A stretch of DNA of 64,000 nt from an uncultured Nitrososphaeraceae archaeon (GTDB lineage Archaea > Thermoproteota > Nitrososphaeria > Nitrososphaerales > Nitrososphaeraceae): positions 32,001 through 96,000 of the forward strand of contig CAVXZB010000084.1 in assembly GCA_963765895.1 (NCBI GenBank). Direction: 5' to 3'. The notes beneath the pieces were generated by a model. That model worked only from the letters and a program-made list of their open reading frames with translations. It had not been told where the DNA came from and ran no database searches. Shown here in pieces: positions 59,075 to 64,000 of the stretch. Each line of letters starts with the position of its first letter. Within the stretch, counting starts at the first letter, position 1. The position numbers and the translations under genes are program-made.

Positions 59075-59942
59075 TTGTCTTCAGTTATAACAATAGATCC
59101 AGATTTCCTTAAAACATTTATTATTCCAAGATTGCTTGATTCCAGAAAAGGTGACAACGGAACAGTTCTCATTGTAGGTGGCAATAGAATCTATCATGGG
59201 GCACCAATTCTTGCGTCGCTATCTGCTCTAAGATCAGGTGCTGACCTAGTATACACTGCAGTACCAAGATCTAATATTATCCCTGTCAGGTCCTCATCAC
59301 CTAATATTATCGCTCTTCCGCTGGCTGATGACAAGCTTACTGTTGGTTCAGCCAATAGATTAGTTGCTATGCTCCCCAAAAAACCAGATGCTGCCGCCAT
59401 AGGAATGGGGCTTACACTTGCCAAGAAAGAGGCGCTCTTGACGCTAGTAAGAGGCCTGCAATCCTTAGGAACAAAGCTTGTGCTAGACGCATCGGCTCTA
59501 ATTCCCAGTATTTTGACTCAAATTGACAATACTGAAACAATTGTCACGCCTCATTCCGCGGAATTTAAGAGAATTTTTGGCGAAGTAGTCGGAGACAGTA
59601 GAGACGAGCGAATTTCTAATGTTCATAAGACTGCCAAGCTTCATGGCATCACGATCCTACTTAAAGGATGGATTGATATTGTTTCAAGCAGCGAAAGGGT
59701 TGCTGTGAATACTACACATAACTGCGGAATGACCGTTGGAGGAACCGGCGATGTGTTATCTGGATTAGTGAGCGGGCTTCTTAGCAAATATTCTCCATTC
59801 GAAGCGAGCAGTACTTGGTGTGTTTATCAACGGGAGTGCAGGAAATTTGGCTTTAAAGAAATTAGGATTACACTTAGTCGCTACAGATTTAATTTCAAAT
59901 ATACCAGATGCAATGAAACCTTTTGATCTGGTCAAAAAGTAA
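59075..59942 (+). CDS. nnrD: ADP-dependent NAD(P)H-hydrate dehydratase (apparent 1-nt insertion at 59804-09)
   Basis: SRKGDNG, VLDASAL, TPHSAEF, GGTGDVLSG; C-terminus AVLGVFINGSAG.. in the +1 frame. Confidence 0.9.
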
Positions 59943-61173
59943 TTTTGGAGAGCTTCATGTATATAACCTCTTCTGAATAATCTTTTAAATTATGCATAGT
60001 TTTCGATTCGTAGCCATTTTGCTCTAGTAAGTAACAAAGCAAATATGCCCAAGGAATTACTTTTCTTTTCTCAACTAAGCACCTCATTTTGATGCTGCTA
60101 TTGTTTCTATCATATGATAGAGTACCATACGAAATCAGTCTCAATGAATGGTCAACGACTTTAACTATCTCTTCCAAAGTCTCACCCAATAATTTTACAC
60201 CCAACTTCTCAACTTTGTTCAATATGTATCGCAATCTATCAGCCTGTGAGTTAGTGCTCTCAGTGGTAAAATCATAATATAGTAAGGTTTCCTTCATGAT
60301 CCGGGCTAATTTTGTTGATTTTAATGCCATTGTCAGATCCGAATTTTCTGCGAACTTCACTTCAGTTGCATTATTCCAGTCTTCTTCGAAATGTCTGATA
60401 TAAGAGACACCTATGACATCTAAAGAATTAAAAAGTGCAGCCTTCCCATTTTTACTATCCGTTAAAACCATATTGACTGAATCGATAATTATTTTACTTG
60501 ACCTTATATTTCCAATCCTTAAATTGATGTCTTCTGGCAACTCTAGAAGACTCTCTTCATCCAGGGACTCGTAGTCTATAAGCAACCTGAATTTGACATT
60601 ATTTGTCATCGCCTTAATTATCGAATCTTTACATTGTAAGAGCAACCTTACTCCCCATGTATCCAATGAAGCATTAATTGAAAATTTGCAGCATGCTATC
60701 ATGTTATTTACCTTTGAAAAAGAGGATTTAGCATTCAATATAGTATACCTTTTCTCCTCACATCCAACCGGCCTATGTATTTCGTCATTTACCCTTTGAA
60801 GGGTTTCTACAATTTTTTTCATATTCCTAATTCTTCTTTCTGAAAGTTGCAAGATCTCATAGAATGCTTCCTCAGGAGGAACCGGACTAAAGATGAGTGG
60901 TTTTTGTTGAGAGATTACTGACAATCTCTTCTTCTCCAATTTTTTCAAGACTGAATAGACCTTGGTCCTTGGCAGATTGCTATAATAAGCAATCTCGCTT
61001 GGGGCAAGAGATCCTTTCTGGATCAATGTTAGATAAGCACTTGACTCATATTTTGATAATCCCAGTTCCTCTAAATTACCAACAAGGTCATTATTCAGTG
61101 TCTGATTGGAGCGCATCAAAATTAAGGCTAATTGTTGGTAAACCGGGAGATAAAAGGCGATAGTTAAATTCAT
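59932..61173 (-). CDS. TrmB-family transcriptional regulator
   Basis: LGLSKYESSAY..., LPRTKVYSVLKKLEKK; true start probably further downstream. Confidence 0.9.
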   Translation of the reverse strand: MNLTIAFYLPVYQQLALILMRSNQTLNNDLVGNLEELGLSKYESSAYLTLIQKGSLAPSEIAYYSNLPRTKVYSVLKKLEKKRLSVISQQKPLIFSPVPPEEAFYEILQLSERRIRNMKKIVETLQRVNDEIHRPVGCEEKRYTILNAKSSFSKVNNMIACCKFSINASLDTWGVRLLLQCKDSIIKAMTNNVKFRLLIDYESLDEESLLELPEDINLRIGNIRSSKIIIDSVNMVLTDSKNGKAALFNSLDVIGVSYIRHFEEDWNNATEVKFAENSDLTMALKSTKLARIMKETLLYYDFTTESTNSQADRLRYILNKVEKLGVKLLGETLEEIVKVVDHSLRLISYGTLSYDRNNSSIKMRCLVEKRKVIPWAYLLCYLLEQNGYESKTMHNLKDYSEEVIYMKLSKITF

Positions 61174-61260
61174 TTAGCCAATGTTAAAAAAATACTAAGC
61201 TGTTACCACATGGAGGTGTAACTTCGGTGACAAGAGTGGTCAGGACATGCTCCATATTAT

Positions 61261-61887
61261 ATGAATCCTGTAATTATCCTAGCGGGAAATCAAGACATGC
61301 AAATTAAGTCCAAATGGATCAAATCAGAATCTATGTTAGAAGATCGAAAAGGATTGATGGTGAAGACTATTGCATTAAAGCCTCGAATAGAAATTGTGCT
61401 TAATAATATTAAGAATGAAGTTACCAAATTGGCATACATATATACAGAATTGGGTGGGATTGAAATGAAAATTCGTGAATCTACTAGTTCATACTCGCCA
61501 AACGATGAGACATTCAGGCATGGCAATGTCAATTATGCAGAGCTATCTCAGTCGAGAAGAAAAGGCATAACTATAATTATGTCAATGATATCTCTCGAAA
61601 TAGTCGCTGATAGATTGAAGACTGCTAAGGATATCGGTGAAGTTGTCAACGCTCTGGCGCCTTCAATAGCAGTCATGAAAAGTATTAGATCAGCTCTTAT
61701 TCGATATGTCTCAAGTACTCACGAGGAAATAGCTGACATATGTGAGATACTTGAACTCATACTTATAGACTCCTGCCAGCTTGCTAATGGCGTCCTTGAC
61801 TTTAAGGAAGCAAATCAACAAGCTATCTTGCTTCTTAATGACGCACAACTGAAGGCAGTACAAAAAAATACACGAAGAGTTTCCTAG
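61261..61887 (+). CDS. CdvB/ESCRT-III (Snf7)-like protein
   Basis: ISLEIVADRLKTAKDIGEVVNALAPSIAVMKS; located upstream of cdvC. Confidence 0.7.
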   Translation: MNPVIILAGNQDMQIKSKWIKSESMLEDRKGLMVKTIALKPRIEIVLNNIKNEVTKLAYIYTELGGIEMKIRESTSSYSPNDETFRHGNVNYAELSQSRRKGITIIMSMISLEIVADRLKTAKDIGEVVNALAPSIAVMKSIRSALIRYVSSTHEEIADICEILELILIDSCQLANGVLDFKEANQQAILLLNDAQLKAVQKNTRRVS

Positions 61888-62232
61888 TCTTACAAAGATT
61901 TTCAGTAAGCGTGATTCTTAAGCATTAGTGTGAATTTAAGAGGCTGGACACACGCAAACATCATTCTTATTTTTCTTTCATTTTCATGAATTCGGAGTCG
62001 AGATTTGGTAGAGTCTCTATATTGATGTTATTCGTTCCATTGATCGGACGCTGTCAATGGGGGTGTGATAAGCCAACCCCCATAATTAACTCTATAGATG
62101 AATAGGTGAGATGCTCTCAAGCCTGTAACAATAATCTGTTGTCTTTGTGCAAATTTTTTAGTTTGTTGCACAATATAGATTTACATCATAGTAATTCAAA
62201 GCTTTATCTAATTTTAGATTGCAGTAATAATT

Positions 62233-63489
62233 ATGAGTTTAGCTCCCCAGGTATTAGAAAATAGTGCTAGCAAATGTGCCGCGGAAGCAATTAGACTAGA
62301 CTCTCAGGGTTCTCACAACGAGGCCATAGAATATTATCAACGTGCTATAGAAGCCCTTGTAAGATTAGTTCAGATTTATCCTGAATATAAATTAAATAGG
62401 ATATATACCGAAAGAGCAAATGCCTATCAAAATCGAATAAAGGCGCTTCTAGTGTCGCAAATTCCCATCACGGATAAGCCTTTGAGTAGAGAATCGGACT
62501 CGAAAAGAGCACCAGTTACTAAAAAAGATACTGAGAGCACAGTCGATCGTACCAAGGGGGCAGAAAATCATTTTTCTGATAAAAGCGACAATACGAGAAC
62601 AGATGCCGAGAGGATGGATTTTGATGACCTGATAATGAAGGAAAGACCGAAGGTATCATGGGGAGAAGTCATCGGTCTTGAAGATGCCAAGCGTGCAATA
62701 AGGGAGTCAATAGTATATCCGACTAAAAGACCAGATCTGTTTCCTCTTGGTTGGCCCAAGGGCATTTTATTATATGGACCGCCAGGGTGTGGCAAGACGC
62801 TGCTTGCAGCAGCTGCAGCTGCAGAAATTGAGGGTTATTTCATAAATGTTGATGCCGCGGCGATGATGAGTAAATGGCTTGGAGAAGCTGAGAAAAATGT
62901 TGCTAAATTGTTTTCAATGGCACACACATTAAGCTTGAATGAAGGTGTAAGTGTAATACTTTTTATAGACGAGATAGATTCGCTTCTAGGTACTCGCAGC
63001 AGTGAAGTGGGCGGGGAAGTCAGAGTAAAAAATCAGTTTCTGACCGAGATGGATGGCATTAACGGTAAACTTAGAAAATCCCAATTATACGTCATTGGCG
63101 CAACGAATAAGCCTTGGAGCCTCGAAGCAGGTTTTCTTAGAAGATTTCAAAAGAGAATTTATGTTACGCTCCCAGATAAAGCGTCCAGATTAAACCTTTT
63201 CAACCAGTATACTGCCGCATTACATAGAGACAATGGTTTCAAACAGGAGGATCTAGCAAAACTGGCTGAAGGATATAGTGCCAGCGATATAAAAGACATG
63301 TGTCAATCTGCCCAACTTCGTGTAGTTAATGAGTTATTCGAGAGCGGGAAAGCATTAGAATCAGATGAAAATCCGAGGTCAATTACTATGCTTGATTTCA
63401 GGGAAATATTTAAGATGAGAAAGCCTAGCGTAAGTATTGAGATGATAAAAGCATATATAGGATGGAGCGAGCAATTTAAAGCACTATAG
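62233..63489 (+). CDS. cdvC: CdvC/Vps4 AAA ATPase
   Basis: MIT domain, GPPGCGKT, FIDEID, GATNKPW, RRFQKRIY. Confidence 0.93.
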   Translation: MSLAPQVLENSASKCAAEAIRLDSQGSHNEAIEYYQRAIEALVRLVQIYPEYKLNRIYTERANAYQNRIKALLVSQIPITDKPLSRESDSKRAPVTKKDTESTVDRTKGAENHFSDKSDNTRTDAERMDFDDLIMKERPKVSWGEVIGLEDAKRAIRESIVYPTKRPDLFPLGWPKGILLYGPPGCGKTLLAAAAAAEIEGYFINVDAAAMMSKWLGEAEKNVAKLFSMAHTLSLNEGVSVILFIDEIDSLLGTRSSEVGGEVRVKNQFLTEMDGINGKLRKSQLYVIGATNKPWSLEAGFLRRFQKRIYVTLPDKASRLNLFNQYTAALHRDNGFKQEDLAKLAEGYSASDIKDMCQSAQLRVVNELFESGKALESDENPRSITMLDFREIFKMRKPSVSIEMIKAYIGWSEQFKAL

Positions 63490-63858
63490 ATTTAAGAGTA
63501 GTCTAGGATTAAAGGGATCCAGTTTTTGATCGCCTTATACTGAATGATTCCTCATTTAAACACATGATATTTATGAGTTTATACTTTAATTTAGAATAAT
63601 ATTCAACTTATGCAGATTTAGGACAAATAGTCAAAAGGAATTTGATTTAAATTCTAGGTCTATGTACCTGCTAACTAGATTGAACACTAGTCTTCAAGAT
63701 TTTCCTTCAGAAAAATAGGGATCTCCAACTCATCCCAGACTATCAAAAAATGTTCATTAGGAAATTTGTTTTTTGGAAACACTACGACTTGAAATCATAA
63801 AAAAGATTCACTAACTAGCCGATGCCCCAATATACAACTTATGGTTTCAAAATGCTTA

Positions 63859-64000
63859 CTAACTTCGCTTCAAATTTGAGTAATTATCTGCTGCCGCTTT
63901 AATTTTTTCTTTGGCGGTTTTCGCAGTACCCCAGCCAGTCACTTTAACATACTTTCCTGCTTCTAATTCTTTATAGTGTTCAAAAAAGTGCTTTATTTCA
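63859..64000 (-). CDS. ppa: Inorganic pyrophosphatase, 3' end (partial)
   Basis: IKHF(F)[17 protein letters not shown]. Confidence 0.85.
   Translation of the reverse strand, partial: EIKHFFEHYKELEAGKYVKVTGWGTAKTAKEKIKAAADNYSNLKRS

Noticed and set aside
1422-62795. Many short antisense ORFs in the track (e.g. 1422, 16184, 26773, 55533, 59194, 62568)
   Set aside because: Shadows of well-supported genes on the opposite strand.
58390-64000. Pseudogenisation of core genes (nob1 start, cdvB-like end, ppa)
   Set aside because: The shifts fall in short homopolymers (G, A7, T5), typical of long-read consensus errors.

Overview
AT-rich archaeal DNA, most consistent with a soil ammonia-oxidising archaeon (Nitrososphaeraceae). 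This is an inference from the gene set: cdvC/cdvB, TrmB, NOB1, F420 enzymes and thaumarchaeal-type histidine kinases. Bases 1 to ~57.3 kb are an accessory region, a mosaic of intact cargo genes and many gene fragments. It holds an intact IS5-family element (TIRs plus 8-bp TSD), a broken IS6, and decayed tyrosine-integrase, terminase-like, HTH and P-loop ATPase genes. It also has several dispersed repeats of unknown genes. All these element-type remnants lie on the minus strand, and the region ends at an integrase next to tRNA-Ile(GAT) at 57331-57404. Bases 57.5-64 kb are core genes (NAD kinase, NOB1, NnrD, TrmB, CdvB-like, CdvC, PPase). Main observations: (1) apparent tandem accretion of one integrative/proviral element family at tRNA-Ile; (2) six frameshifts that each revert to GCWGC, pointing to basecall errors at a methylated motif; (3) a full-length sensor kinase with its phospho-His replaced by Tyr; (4) a candidate structured ncRNA at ~18.5 kb; (5) zinc-finger microproteins and secreted-peptide families missed by the ORF track. 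All family calls come from motif recognition, without database searches.
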